Virus record (IMG/VR): IMGVR_UViG_3300046837_000043
Coordinates: 1-25,969 of that record
DNA from: a virus
Lineage: Duplodnaviria; Caudoviricetes
DNA: 25,969 nt
Direction: 5' to 3' (one strand)
The notes beneath the pieces are model-generated. The model had not been told where the DNA came from and made no database searches. It saw only the letters and a list, made by a program, of their open reading frames with translations. This document shows, piece after piece, positions 1 through 9,763 of this stretch. Position 1 is the stretch's first letter. Every line of letters starts with the position of its first letter. The translations under genes and the position numbers were made by a program.

Positions 1-98
1 CCATGGCCGTAGCCATAGCCGTATCCCCAGGGGAGCACGTCACCGCCGAGGCCACCGAAGAGGATTAGAATTAGGATTATCAATAAAATCAAACTCAT
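1..98 (-). CDS. Small membrane protein, DUF3309-like (3'-truncated by the window edge; not in ORF track)
   Basis: ATG at 98-96 overlaps the TGA (97-95) of the upstream gene. Reads MSLILLIILILILFGGLGGDVLPWGYGYGYGH..., a hydrophobic helix followed by GYGYGYGH, as recalled for DUF3309 proteins of Rhizobiales. Confidence 0.75.
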   Translation of the reverse strand, partial: MSLILLIILILILFGGLGGDVLPWGYGYGYGH

Positions 99-310
99 GT
101 TTTGCCCCTTTCTGCTTTTCCTTCGAGCACACCCTTTGCGCGCTCAGCTTCGCCAGTGACCTTCACCAGCGCGTCCTTGATACTGTTGGTATTTGTAGAT
201 AGTTCTTTTATATCCTTCGCATGTTTGCGTGAGACAATCAAGTTATAGACCGCGATACAGGCAAAGATAAACTCTCCCATTCCGCGGAGGAAGTCGCCTA
301 TATCTCCCAT
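95..310 (-). CDS. Hypothetical 71-aa protein with one N-terminal hydrophobic segment (lysis-module accessory?)
   Basis: Start moved from 379 to ATG 310, which follows AAGGA directly after the holin stop. MGDIGDFLRGMGEFIFACIAVYNLIVSRK..., then a charged coiled-coil-like tail. Confidence 0.7.
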   Translation of the reverse strand: MGDIGDFLRGMGEFIFACIAVYNLIVSRKHAKDIKELSTNTNSIKDALVKVTGEAERAKGVLEGKAERGKT

Positions 311-323
311 AACACAGATCCTT

Positions 324-722
324 TTACGTTTTAACTTTCTCACTCGGAGAGGCATCGGCCACTGCCTGGGAGGTGACAACCACCGCCTTCACTTCAGGTT
401 GGGCTGCAACCGCATCCCGCAGCGTCGCTGGCGCCACCGCCTGCACAGCCTGTACCAACGCACGAGGCTCCGCAGCCTGCACCGCAGCGACCTTGGCTTG
501 CGTTGTGGCATTATGCGCTGACCACCAACCCATGGCAAGGGTGGCTATCGGCCCCACGCCAATGGCGATTTCCTTTATCCCATTGAAGATATGGTCGAAG
601 TCGGTCATCAGATCTGTACTGGAGGTCTGGGACATAATCCCAAACACCGTCGCTGCGCCAGCAACGTAGGAAACAAGATGCTTCCCACTAGCCAGCAGTA
701 CACTCAACTGATCCTGGGTCAT
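324..722 (-). CDS. Putative holin-like membrane protein
   Basis: Directly after the endolysin (ATGA overlap). Two moderately hydrophobic segments (HLVSYVAGAATVFGIM; IAIGVGPIATLAMGWWS) and an Ala/Val-rich tail. Confidence 0.6.
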   Translation of the reverse strand: MTQDQLSVLLASGKHLVSYVAGAATVFGIMSQTSSTDLMTDFDHIFNGIKEIAIGVGPIATLAMGWWSAHNATTQAKVAAVQAAEPRALVQAVQAVAPATLRDAVAAQPEVKAVVVTSQAVADASPSEKVKT

Positions 723-1588
723 GAGGTCCGCGCTGGAAACGACGCTTTAATCTGAGCCGCGATGACTTCAAGCTGCTTAGCGATGATGGCTCCAACATTC
801 CCGCCAGCCTGGATTTCCATGACCGCCTGAAGCAGCCCATCTAGGATAGGCAACAACGGCAGGATAGCCTTAAGCGGAGGGAAGAACGTCGCTACGATTG
901 GTAGAATGCTCCCTACGGTTTTCAGGGCATTCTCAATATCAGCTACATTGATTTGCGGGAAAGTAAACTGCTGCCCCGTGGCAGGGTGAGTGACTACTAC
1001 GGTAGGAACGGCCGGTGTATCGGGCATCTTAGTCTCCTCAAATGCGATAGCGCCACTGTGCTCTAAAGCTTTCAATATGGCGGCGCACCCACATTGAACA
1101 TCCACTACACCTGGACTGAAGACATGATCAGCAGTGTACTTCCCGCTGACGTATTGATTCGTCCACGACCAAATATAAGGGGAGTTGATGTTTTTACTAA
1201 AGTACCCAAAGCCATTATACGCCTCTGAGTTGTATAGACAAAACTCAACCGTCCAAGGCAGTGGATTGCGGTACTTCTTAAGTGCCTCAACCGCTCCCGC
1301 TTCCCAGGAATCCCAAGGACCCAGACCTGCAGGGACTTGCGTGGTTACTTGGTTGAGTGGCTGGCCGTTGCCGAGGAAGGTATCGAAATCAAAGTTCGCC
1401 TCGCGGTAGTGCCAGCAGCCGATGACAAACCACGGTACCTCTGTTTGAGCTTCGACAGTTTGATACCTCGCTTTGTTCGAAACGATTTTATCCGCCAATG
1501 CAGCTGCAGCTGCGGCCTTCTCTGGCTTGGTAACGCACGCATTCCAGAGGTTGCGATATCCAGCTTCTGTGACTTCGGGTGTAATCAT
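719..1588 (-). CDS. Endolysin, lysozyme-family (COG5526-like), with hydrophobic C-terminal extension
   Basis: Motifs VPWFVIGCWHYREA, LGNGQPL..TTQVPAG.GP, EAYNGFGY, NSPYIWSWTNQYVSGKY.AD and Q.GCAAILKAL are characteristic of this family. Sits before a holin-like gene. Confidence 0.85.
   Translation of the reverse strand: MITPEVTEAGYRNLWNACVTKPEKAAAAAALADKIVSNKARYQTVEAQTEVPWFVIGCWHYREANFDFDTFLGNGQPLNQVTTQVPAGLGPWDSWEAGAVEALKKYRNPLPWTVEFCLYNSEAYNGFGYFSKNINSPYIWSWTNQYVSGKYTADHVFSPGVVDVQCGCAAILKALEHSGAIAFEETKMPDTPAVPTVVVTHPATGQQFTFPQINVADIENALKTVGSILPIVATFFPPLKAILPLLPILDGLLQAVMEIQAGGNVGAIIAKQLEVIAAQIKASFPARTS
1034..1039 (-). promoter_or_regulatory. Internal Shine-Dalgarno (GAGGAG) 6 nt before in-frame ATG 1027 inside the endolysin gene
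   Basis: Minus strand reads TTT GAGGAG ACTAAG ATG CCC GAT, exactly at the boundary between the catalytic domain and the C-terminal extension. Confidence 0.6.
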
Positions 1589-4500
1589 TTCCGTCTACCT
1601 TCCTTTGTTACCGTTTCAATACCACGCTGGATTATATCCGGCTGGCCAATCGCCTTGCCTGTCGTCAACGCTCGGTATGTCTCCGCAGGTGACCTTGGAG
1701 CCTGCTTCGATCCCTGCATCGCATTCCAGCCCGCCTCCAGGATATTCCCCGCTGCCCCAGGTAGGCCTGTTCCAAGTCCAATGATATTAGTAATCCCCTT
1801 AATCGTCTTTCCACCCTGCTCTTTGTCCATCATCTTTGCCCCTTTATTGAGATCCATCAACCCCGATGCGACCGTTTTCAGTTCTGTATCCAACATCCCC
1901 GCCCCAATTTCACCGGAAGTTATATACCCATGAACCAGTTCTCGGGCAACTGGAATCCCAAGTGTCCCAGCCTCAGCAAGAAATTCTCCAGTCGCAGCCA
2001 ACCAACTTTGTTTCTTCTTTCTATCTGAATCAGGAGTGACCATGTGCTCAACCATCACTGGCCATAGAGATGAGGTGGCTATTAGCAACGCTGCCTTCCC
2101 AATATGCCCTCGAAGTTCACCATATTCTAGTTCCTTGTAATTATCCTTCGCGTATTTGGTTCTCCAATACGCTTCAAACTGGCGCTGGAGCATTTGATTA
2201 AACACGGAATACAGCGATGTAAACAGCCTCGACATAGGCCCCCCACGCATAACTCCTGGCCGAGCGGTGATGGCAGTCGAGCCATGCGCACGGAGCACGA
2301 TGGAGTTCGCAATCTCAATCGCGGTTCCCTCATACTCATCCGGCAGCTTGTTCGGAAACTTCTCCCCAAGCTCTGCCATCTGCTTCTTGTACTCTGCTAG
2401 CCAACTTGGCACAGATGACATCATATCCGACCAGCCAACCAAGAACCCACCCTTCTCTAGCATCCACTCCCGCGCTGCCCAGAAGCCTTTGTTCTTGAAT
2501 TCCAACCCCTCCCACCGCCCACCAAGGGTTTCACGAATGGTTTGGAATCTCCTCTGGAGCTCCAGGCTTTTGCGTATGGCAAACTCAAAATTGCTTGTAA
2601 ACCCATCAGGGGAAGTAGCGAATAGCGTTTTAACTTCTCTAGAGAAGTTCACAGGCCCTACCTCCGCGATCGAGTTAACTGCCGCTGTCAGTCCATGCTT
2701 CTCCGCAGTATGCACATTCAGTCCAATAAGTGAACCAATCATGCTTCGGCGAAAATATTCCGAAATTTGCCCGAGCGCCGAATCCGAAACCGTACTCACC
2801 CCCTTCCCGCCACCGATGATATCCCTCAGCCAATCGTCCATCATATGCAGCACAGCTTCGCCGGAATGACGTTCTATCGCATGCCGGAACTCGGTGTCTC
2901 GGAGCATCTTGCCGAAGTTGATCACAAACGGCCGGAAGGAGGTGTCATATAGAATCTGCGACATCCTCTGCGGCAGGCGGTTCAAGGTTAAATCCGTTGG
3001 CGCTGCGTAAGACGTGCGTCGGATTTCCGATCCCGTAGCGGTGGTGGACTTAAAGTACCCGGTATCGAATAACCCACCCAGGCTCTCTGGGTTGATCGCT
3101 GACAGCCCCTCCGCAGCCCGGCTAGTCCCAAGCTCCTTTTGATCATAAATCATCGGGGAATACCACCCCTCACGCATCACACCGTGGGGGTCCTCGAACG
3201 GGTGCAATTCGACTAGGTCCGGCACCACACCGTTCTGATCACGGATCATCTCCCGCAAATCGGAGAAGGCTTCTTTATTAATATCCCCCACCTTCTGCCA
3301 GGTGTCCCACATCTCCTTGGTGGAGTGCTCTTTCAAATACGCCCACAGTTGATCCTTATCCACCTTCCAGCCACGAACAAACTTATCCATGTTATTCGGA
3401 TTACCCATGTCCATGATAATCCGCTGTAGGTTCTCCATGGTCATGTTGACCATTTCATCCCGAGACGCTCGCTTCAATAGATCCGGTAGGGGTGCCTTGA
3501 GATTGACATCCTTGATCCCCTTAAACGCCTCATCTAGCTTCGATCCGTACTCCTTAATTCTCGCTGAAAGCTCCGACGCTGCCGACATGGCCGGATAGAC
3601 CACGTTCATATTAAAGAACCCATGCTTGTCGCCCAGGTCCCAGCGGTTGAACACCGAGAAATTCTGAATCAGCTTTCCATAAACTATGTCCTTCACCGCG
3701 CCCGTTAGCTTCCCAATCCCCTGCACATTATATGGCGTTCCCGTCTCTCCCTGCTTTGCCAACTGTGGAATGGCTTGGTTCTCTATAACCTCTCGCAGGG
3801 CAACCTTCCCAGCCCTAGTCGTGTATACCTTATCCTCCCTCCCAAGCTTATACAGCTGCATCACCGCGTCCGAAAACCCTTTGAATTGCTCATAGGTCAT
3901 CTTATCCAGAGGGATCTTTTCTCCAGCGTAAATCCAATCAGGCAGCAGTATCTGCATTGCCTTCATATTCGATTCGCTCTCAACGAACTGCGCAAGCGGC
4001 TTGGCAGCCCTGACGTCGTCCTCGAGGCCTTGAATAGACTTCCCCGTCTTCAGCCCAGCGTTGCCTACGATATCCCGCAGATGCGCAAGGTAGTTCTTAT
4101 CCATCCCGTTGTACTTAGGACTAGCTATCCGATCGGTGATCTTATCCGTTGCCTTCCGCAGCTTTTCGTAAGCCTTGGCTTCGTTCGCCATCAGCATGGA
4201 GATATACTGCTGCTGCTTAAATTTGAAGGCCTCCTTAAAGTCCCCATCAAGCAAGGCAAGCTCCGTAGCCCGCCCTGCTCGGCCTGCGGCGGCAAGGTAC
4301 TTATCCACACTGTGCGCCGAAATTGGGGTTTCCGCAAACACCCTCTTCACCCCCTCCTTGAGCTTGGCTTTTGTGAAGGGAAGCTCATCGGTATTCTTTG
4401 CCAGGGCAATTGTTTCTTGATGCAGAATGTCAAGCTGAGTTTGGGATACTACGTGGTCCTTTGCCTCCTCAAGGATCTGCTGCTCCAGATCCCCAAACTC

Positions 4501-7404
4501 CCGCCCCATCCTATCCTGCGTGATCTTCTCCACGATTTTATTAAGGTGCTCCCTAGGCCCAAGCTTCCCACGCTCAGCGTGAAGCTGCTTCAAACCATCC
4601 AACATCAACTGCGCGGTGGGGTACCCAAGCTGAGTCGCAGCGTCGTCAGGATTCATCCCTCCAGGCTTAAGATAGTCCTCCGGCAGCCCAGCCTTTTGCT
4701 CGGCGCTGAGTTTATCACTATCCAGCCGGACCCGCCCAGGAAGCTTATCCCCCAAATACGACCCTTCCCTAAACAGACTATCCGCTGCAATATCCGGCCG
4801 CCCAAGCAGGCGCTCCCTCACCTCCTTCTTAACCTGGGCCTCCATAGTCTTCCATTCAGTCGTCTGCCTCAGCCTCTCCTTCTTCTCCGCATCCAGACGG
4901 AACTTCTCCATATCTTCTTCCGCCTGCTGCCGGATCTTCTCCTGATACTGCCGATACTCCTTAACCTTCATCCCCGCATCGGAGGCTTTATCGAATGCCT
5001 CTCGATCCTCCATCCGGGTGAGCCCAGGAAGCTCGAGTTGGGTATCCTTAATCGCATCCGTCGAAACCTTCCCTTTCACCTCCGCCCTCAGCGCCTCGAT
5101 GTCCTTGCTTAGGCTGAAGATCGCATCTATGGCAGTCTTCGGCACAACTCTCCCAGTCAGCAGCCACTCCCAAAGGTCCTTGACAATATTCTTCACCGCT
5201 TCCCAGGCGGTACCGGTGCCAAGGTCGTTAACGAGTTCCCTTGGGATGGGGATGGACTTCAGATCCTCCTGAAGGCTCTCCTTCGACATTGCCTCCGCTA
5301 TGAACTCCTTGACGTTCTTGAAGGCGTAGCCGTGCTCCTCTAGCCACTCCGGTGGCAGCTGGGTCTTTACATGGTTCATCAACGACTGAATCTTAGCCCG
5401 GATCTCTGGGAACTTCTCAATCTGCGCAACCGTAATAGCATGGCTGCCTTCGTGCATCAGCACATGCAACGCCACCTCAGGGGGCCAGCCGGTCACATCA
5501 TCCCGAACATAGATATGGCTGCTCCCATCCCCACGAAGCTGGTGAAACCCAGCGTAGCCCTTTCCAAGAGTCCGCTCCATATCCGCCATGGAGATAACAT
5601 GCAGCGGTACGTCCTTGGCGAGGCGGGTAATCGTCTCCCCAAAGTGCTTTATAATCGGACTGTCGGTGGTGTACTCGATCGCGGATTTGGGGAGAACTTC
5701 TCCTAGGGTTGTGGAATGGAGGGGCTCAACACTATGAGCATTCCCTTTTAAATCCCCAACCGTATGCGTCTCCCCCGTGCGCAGGAAGTCGGTGATCTGC
5801 TTCGGGGTTGGGCGGAGGGGGATGGAAACCTTCGTCGGCTGCTCTCGTGCGCCACTAACACGTAGACCTTCGATATGCTCAGCGTTGGGAAACTCAACTT
5901 GTAACTGCCGAAGCAGCCCAGTCAACTGACGCTGACCCAAGAACCCAGGTAGCCCCTCTGTGGTACCCGCAGCAACATGGCCAATGGTCAGCGTCTTACC
6001 ATCCTCGCTTTCCTCAATCGTTGCTCCGCCGATCCGCTTTCCTTGAGGATCCTCAATATCAAACGAGTGCCCAGGAACACCCTCCTCCGGCTCAACTCTC
6101 GTCAACCTCATCTGCCCTGGCGCAGCGATTGGATCCAACCCCGCACTCCGTCGGATAGCATCCACCGAATCAATCGGCGCTGGCTTCTCCTCACCCTTCT
6201 CCAGCTTCGCCTCGTTAAGCGTCATCCCACCCTTGCGGAACCGAATGTCATCTTGCAGCGCCTTGAAAACATCCGGCTCAACTCGAGCCAAGAACGCCGA
6301 AAGTGGAACCTCTACGTCCCCACCGTACGTCTCGGCTGCCTCAAGCTGCTTTGTCAGATCGGGGATGAATCCAAGGATCCCATCATCCTCAGTCGGCGGC
6401 TTATCCCCATACAGCTTCCTTACCGCCTCAGCGCTGATATCCACCGACGCATCAGTATGCTGCGCAACGAAGTTCTCAAGCAACTCTGGGGCGCGCTCCT
6501 TGGTGGTGCTCTTTCCAATCTCCTTTACCACATCCCCCAGATTTCCTATATCCTGCTTCGCCTGATCGGCATAGATATCATCAATAACCTTATCCAGCCC
6601 AATCGGAGGCTTCACCCCCTGCTCGAGATACGGCCTGACCTTTCGATAAAGCTCCGCAGCCTGGCGATTTTGGCTGTCCTGCGCAGCCTTCTTCACCGCT
6701 CCTTCCCCGGGCTCGACGTGAGGGATCTCCCCCGTCATACCCATCTGCATCAGGGTTTCGGCAGTTCCAAGGGCAGCTTCTTTGATTTGCGCTGCGGCCT
6801 CGGGGCTCGCACCCATTCGCTGCGCACCGGTTTCAACCGCAGCCCCACCACCTTCTAGCGCTCCGGAGATGGTGCGGTTCACCGCCTCAGGCAGGACACC
6901 AATGGTCTGCGCAAGCCGAGCAAGGTTGTTCCAAAGGAACGGATAGTCCCTCGCCCAATCAGGAGGCTGCTCTGCGATAGCCTTACCAAATCTACCCTGC
7001 TCAGTGAAGGACTTGTAGAATCCTTTAACCGCACTCTCAGCCGCGTCGGTAGGAGCGCTCAGGATACCCGTGGCTGTTGGGCCGAGAAAGTGCAATCGGT
7101 GGGAAATCTCATCAAGCTGACCAAGGTCGCCGTTGGAAACTGCAGCCGCAAGCGGATGGGAGTTAATAAAACTTGCAATAACTGGATTGTTTCTTACAAT
7201 ATCCCCGGCCAGCGCCGCCTTGTGCTGAGCTTCAAACCCTTCTACGTCGCCGTAGATCGCAGTGCTGGGAACCCCAGTAGCCTTCTCAAGCTCCAACGCG
7301 CGCGCAGCCTTATCAGGGTCGTCATCGATTGCTCCAACCGCAGACATCTGCGCGGTCTGGCGTCTGCTGTCTATTCCAGTTACAAGATCGTCAAGTTCGC
7401 TCAT
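1585..7404 (-). CDS. Large internal virion / DNA-ejection protein (T7 gp16 positional analogue), polyvalent, with zincin HExxH domain
   Basis: 1939 aa, helical and charged, no Cys, last of three internal-protein genes after the tail tube genes. HVLMHEGSH (5440-5454) plus downstream EFIAEA. ATGA overlaps at both ends. Confidence 0.8.
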   Translation of the reverse strand: MSELDDLVTGIDSRRQTAQMSAVGAIDDDPDKAARALELEKATGVPSTAIYGDVEGFEAQHKAALAGDIVRNNPVIASFINSHPLAAAVSNGDLGQLDEISHRLHFLGPTATGILSAPTDAAESAVKGFYKSFTEQGRFGKAIAEQPPDWARDYPFLWNNLARLAQTIGVLPEAVNRTISGALEGGGAAVETGAQRMGASPEAAAQIKEAALGTAETLMQMGMTGEIPHVEPGEGAVKKAAQDSQNRQAAELYRKVRPYLEQGVKPPIGLDKVIDDIYADQAKQDIGNLGDVVKEIGKSTTKERAPELLENFVAQHTDASVDISAEAVRKLYGDKPPTEDDGILGFIPDLTKQLEAAETYGGDVEVPLSAFLARVEPDVFKALQDDIRFRKGGMTLNEAKLEKGEEKPAPIDSVDAIRRSAGLDPIAAPGQMRLTRVEPEEGVPGHSFDIEDPQGKRIGGATIEESEDGKTLTIGHVAAGTTEGLPGFLGQRQLTGLLRQLQVEFPNAEHIEGLRVSGAREQPTKVSIPLRPTPKQITDFLRTGETHTVGDLKGNAHSVEPLHSTTLGEVLPKSAIEYTTDSPIIKHFGETITRLAKDVPLHVISMADMERTLGKGYAGFHQLRGDGSSHIYVRDDVTGWPPEVALHVLMHEGSHAITVAQIEKFPEIRAKIQSLMNHVKTQLPPEWLEEHGYAFKNVKEFIAEAMSKESLQEDLKSIPIPRELVNDLGTGTAWEAVKNIVKDLWEWLLTGRVVPKTAIDAIFSLSKDIEALRAEVKGKVSTDAIKDTQLELPGLTRMEDREAFDKASDAGMKVKEYRQYQEKIRQQAEEDMEKFRLDAEKKERLRQTTEWKTMEAQVKKEVRERLLGRPDIAADSLFREGSYLGDKLPGRVRLDSDKLSAEQKAGLPEDYLKPGGMNPDDAATQLGYPTAQLMLDGLKQLHAERGKLGPREHLNKIVEKITQDRMGREFGDLEQQILEEAKDHVVSQTQLDILHQETIALAKNTDELPFTKAKLKEGVKRVFAETPISAHSVDKYLAAAGRAGRATELALLDGDFKEAFKFKQQQYISMLMANEAKAYEKLRKATDKITDRIASPKYNGMDKNYLAHLRDIVGNAGLKTGKSIQGLEDDVRAAKPLAQFVESESNMKAMQILLPDWIYAGEKIPLDKMTYEQFKGFSDAVMQLYKLGREDKVYTTRAGKVALREVIENQAIPQLAKQGETGTPYNVQGIGKLTGAVKDIVYGKLIQNFSVFNRWDLGDKHGFFNMNVVYPAMSAASELSARIKEYGSKLDEAFKGIKDVNLKAPLPDLLKRASRDEMVNMTMENLQRIIMDMGNPNNMDKFVRGWKVDKDQLWAYLKEHSTKEMWDTWQKVGDINKEAFSDLREMIRDQNGVVPDLVELHPFEDPHGVMREGWYSPMIYDQKELGTSRAAEGLSAINPESLGGLFDTGYFKSTTATGSEIRRTSYAAPTDLTLNRLPQRMSQILYDTSFRPFVINFGKMLRDTEFRHAIERHSGEAVLHMMDDWLRDIIGGGKGVSTVSDSALGQISEYFRRSMIGSLIGLNVHTAEKHGLTAAVNSIAEVGPVNFSREVKTLFATSPDGFTSNFEFAIRKSLELQRRFQTIRETLGGRWEGLEFKNKGFWAAREWMLEKGGFLVGWSDMMSSVPSWLAEYKKQMAELGEKFPNKLPDEYEGTAIEIANSIVLRAHGSTAITARPGVMRGGPMSRLFTSLYSVFNQMLQRQFEAYWRTKYAKDNYKELEYGELRGHIGKAALLIATSSLWPVMVEHMVTPDSDRKKKQSWLAATGEFLAEAGTLGIPVARELVHGYITSGEIGAGMLDTELKTVASGLMDLNKGAKMMDKEQGGKTIKGITNIIGLGTGLPGAAGNILEAGWNAMQGSKQAPRSPAETYRALTTGKAIGQPDIIQRGIETVTKEGRRK

Positions 7405-9179
7405 TGTGACAACGGGACTTCAGGTGAGGTAGGAGGATTACCTTTACCAGTCGTAGGCTTTATCTTTGACCCGCCCCCATAAAGCTTTTGATATTGCTGT
7501 CTTGCATATTCTCGGCGAAGATCCTCATCGGATGGTATGGGTTGGCCACTGTTTCTGTAATGCTCTTTAGCGGCCTCAAGAAGCGCACTAGGGATAGGAG
7601 CCTGGAACAAGGGAGCGTTGCGGTTGAAGAACAAATTCCCCGTAGCCTGCTGCTGCATCAACTGCATTCCCATTTGTTTCACTTCCTCAGGTTTCGGGTC
7701 TCTTTTATTCTCTCCATGAAAATCTCGCAAGGCATCAGACAGTGCACCCTTGAACTGTTGACGCTGGTCTTTGTCGTCCATGATTCCGGCTGCGACCAGC
7801 GATGGCTCAAGTAGCTGCATTGATTTGGTAACTTCTGGAAAGCTGTCTGCATTTTGCTTGACCTTCTGTTGAAGATTAATCAACTCCTTCCGCGCAGACA
7901 TTGGGATGTGTTCGCCAACGATAGGCAGGTCGAGGAACCCACTTGGATCATCCGCGGCCATGCCCTTTATCTGCTGATACCGCCGCAGCCCATCAACGGT
8001 CCAACTCTTATCGCCTTTGTTATTCTCCGCTAGCTGCCTTAGATAACCGCGTTGCACTGTTGCAGGGAGATGATCCCAAGCTGCTGCCACCTTTGGGCTA
8101 ACAGCCTTCAATTCCTCTACGTTAGTAGGAAGGGCTCCAGTCCCAGCGGCTCCTACAAGCGCACCAGCGACCGTGTTGTTGTTTTGGAATTGGAAATCTC
8201 TCACTGCCCCCATTTGTTTATTGTAATCGGTTTCGATTCTATTCCGTACATAATCTGGAAACTCGGGATCATTTGGATGGTTCTTCCGCGCAATCTCCAC
8301 ACCTTCCTGAACCCGTGCTTGCAATCCCTTCTCGGGCCGCGTTGGATCGGGAGTCTCGTATAGATCACTATTAACGCTTTGCGATATAACCCGTGAGCCA
8401 GTTTGATGTAGCTGTGCTTGAGCGGTTTTGAAAGCTATTTCGTAATTAGCTTGCCCAAGCTGCTTTTTGACCGCGGGATCATTTAGCATATCCATTGCAG
8501 CGGAAGGGTCTGTGAGCGAGATCTCTTTAATCTGCCCAAGCTTAATGCTCGAGATCTGCTTCGCAGCAGCATCGGCTTGCTGCGCTGGTGTCCATCCTGA
8601 AGTGTCGGATAATGTCTGTATATCCCGTTGCGAGTCTTTGATCTTGTCGTCAAATTCAGATGTGTTTTTTGGATCTACCCAATTTCGAGCAGTGAGATCT
8701 AAGTTAGCTTGCGCAGTGCCAATCACGCTTCGCTTATTCTCATCCGCCGCATGCCCAGCAGCAGAGAAGATATTCCGCTGCATGAAAGGAAGCGTGTCAC
8801 GATCATAGTAGCGCTGGGCGTATTGGGTCTTAAGACCATCACGAAACTGAGTTCGGAGATCGGCTTGAGCTTTGATATAGCCTTGCAGGCCGTCGGCTGC
8901 GGCTTTGCCTTCCAGCGCACCGTATTGCGCATGAAGTAGGGAGGCCTGTTCAGCGTATTGCGTCTGCGCTTCGCGGGCGTCTGTTTCGTTCCGCAGGTCC
9001 TGCAACGCCATAGCGCGGGTGAAGAGTTCCCCACCAACTTGTTCCGTAGTCGCACCCAAGCCTTGCAGCGCAGCGCCGATATTGGCACCAAAGGCTGCGG
9101 GCGGGGCAGAGACGGAAAGCTGTTCGCTACCACCAGCGGGCTCGACGGAGGAATAGGATTGGTACGGAACCTGAGCCAT
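7401..9179 (-). CDS. Internal virion / ejection protein (gp15 positional analogue)
   Basis: 592 aa from ATG 9179 (TGATG overlap). Ala/Gln-rich, helical, N-terminal AAFGANIGAALQGLG segment, no Cys. Synteny supports the call. Confidence 0.72.
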   Translation of the reverse strand: MAQVPYQSYSSVEPAGGSEQLSVSAPPAAFGANIGAALQGLGATTEQVGGELFTRAMALQDLRNETDAREAQTQYAEQASLLHAQYGALEGKAAADGLQGYIKAQADLRTQFRDGLKTQYAQRYYDRDTLPFMQRNIFSAAGHAADENKRSVIGTAQANLDLTARNWVDPKNTSEFDDKIKDSQRDIQTLSDTSGWTPAQQADAAAKQISSIKLGQIKEISLTDPSAAMDMLNDPAVKKQLGQANYEIAFKTAQAQLHQTGSRVISQSVNSDLYETPDPTRPEKGLQARVQEGVEIARKNHPNDPEFPDYVRNRIETDYNKQMGAVRDFQFQNNNTVAGALVGAAGTGALPTNVEELKAVSPKVAAAWDHLPATVQRGYLRQLAENNKGDKSWTVDGLRRYQQIKGMAADDPSGFLDLPIVGEHIPMSARKELINLQQKVKQNADSFPEVTKSMQLLEPSLVAAGIMDDKDQRQQFKGALSDALRDFHGENKRDPKPEEVKQMGMQLMQQQATGNLFFNRNAPLFQAPIPSALLEAAKEHYRNSGQPIPSDEDLRREYARQQYQKLYGGGSKIKPTTGKGNPPTSPEVPLSQ

Positions 9180-9763
9180 CAACTCACGTTGAATCCATAG
9201 TTCGAGTATGTCGGATCAGTCGCCTGTGGCGGGGTCACTCCCCCAAACGCCGGTCCCATTTGCAGCCACTTACTCGATACCGACCCAACCCCACCGATGA
9301 TGCTGGAGATGGCACCGATGGTCCCAGCTTCCTTTGAGGTCGTAGCTGCGGTGCTCAGTGCCCCAGCCGACGCCACATCCCCAGCCGCGGCTACCTCATA
9401 CCCATAAGCCCGCTTCGCAGCATTTGCCGCGATGATCCCCTGATTCTGCTGTCCCACCTCAACCTCGCTCGCGATCACGCGATCCTGACTCGCCCCCGCG
9501 ATATTGCTTGCACCGAACGCAGCCCTGGTCGCACCAATAACCGCCCGCTCACGCATCCCGGCCTGTTCTGCCTGCACCCCTCCGGACTCGATCGCGTAGT
9601 TCGCATCTTGCTTTTTAATGTCCGCATTAACCCTCGCCACCCCGGCTTGGTAGTTATACATCGCTGCTTCAGACTGACCCTGCTGAAGCTTTCCAAGAGC
9701 ACCGATCCCTGCGCCTGCGGCAGTGGATGCCAGAGCAATACCTGCGGTTACTGGATCAGCCAT
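9179..9763 (-). CDS. Small internal virion / ejection protein (gp14 positional analogue)
   Basis: 194 aa, MADPVTAGIALASTAAGAGIGALG... with Gly/Ala hydrophobic ends and a Gln/Ala helical middle, typical of podovirus outer-membrane ejection proteins. No Cys. Confidence 0.75.
   Translation of the reverse strand: MADPVTAGIALASTAAGAGIGALGKLQQGQSEAAMYNYQAGVARVNADIKKQDANYAIESGGVQAEQAGMRERAVIGATRAAFGASNIAGASQDRVIASEVEVGQQNQGIIAANAAKRAYGYEVAAAGDVASAGALSTAATTSKEAGTIGAISSIIGGVGSVSSKWLQMGPAFGGVTPPQATDPTYSNYGFNVS

Noticed and set aside
3775-5112. 445-aa plus-strand ORF (also 5977-6858 and other plus-strand ORFs)
   Set aside because: Antisense shadows of long minus-strand genes, Leu/Pro/Arg-rich with no recognisable motifs; expected from codon bias.
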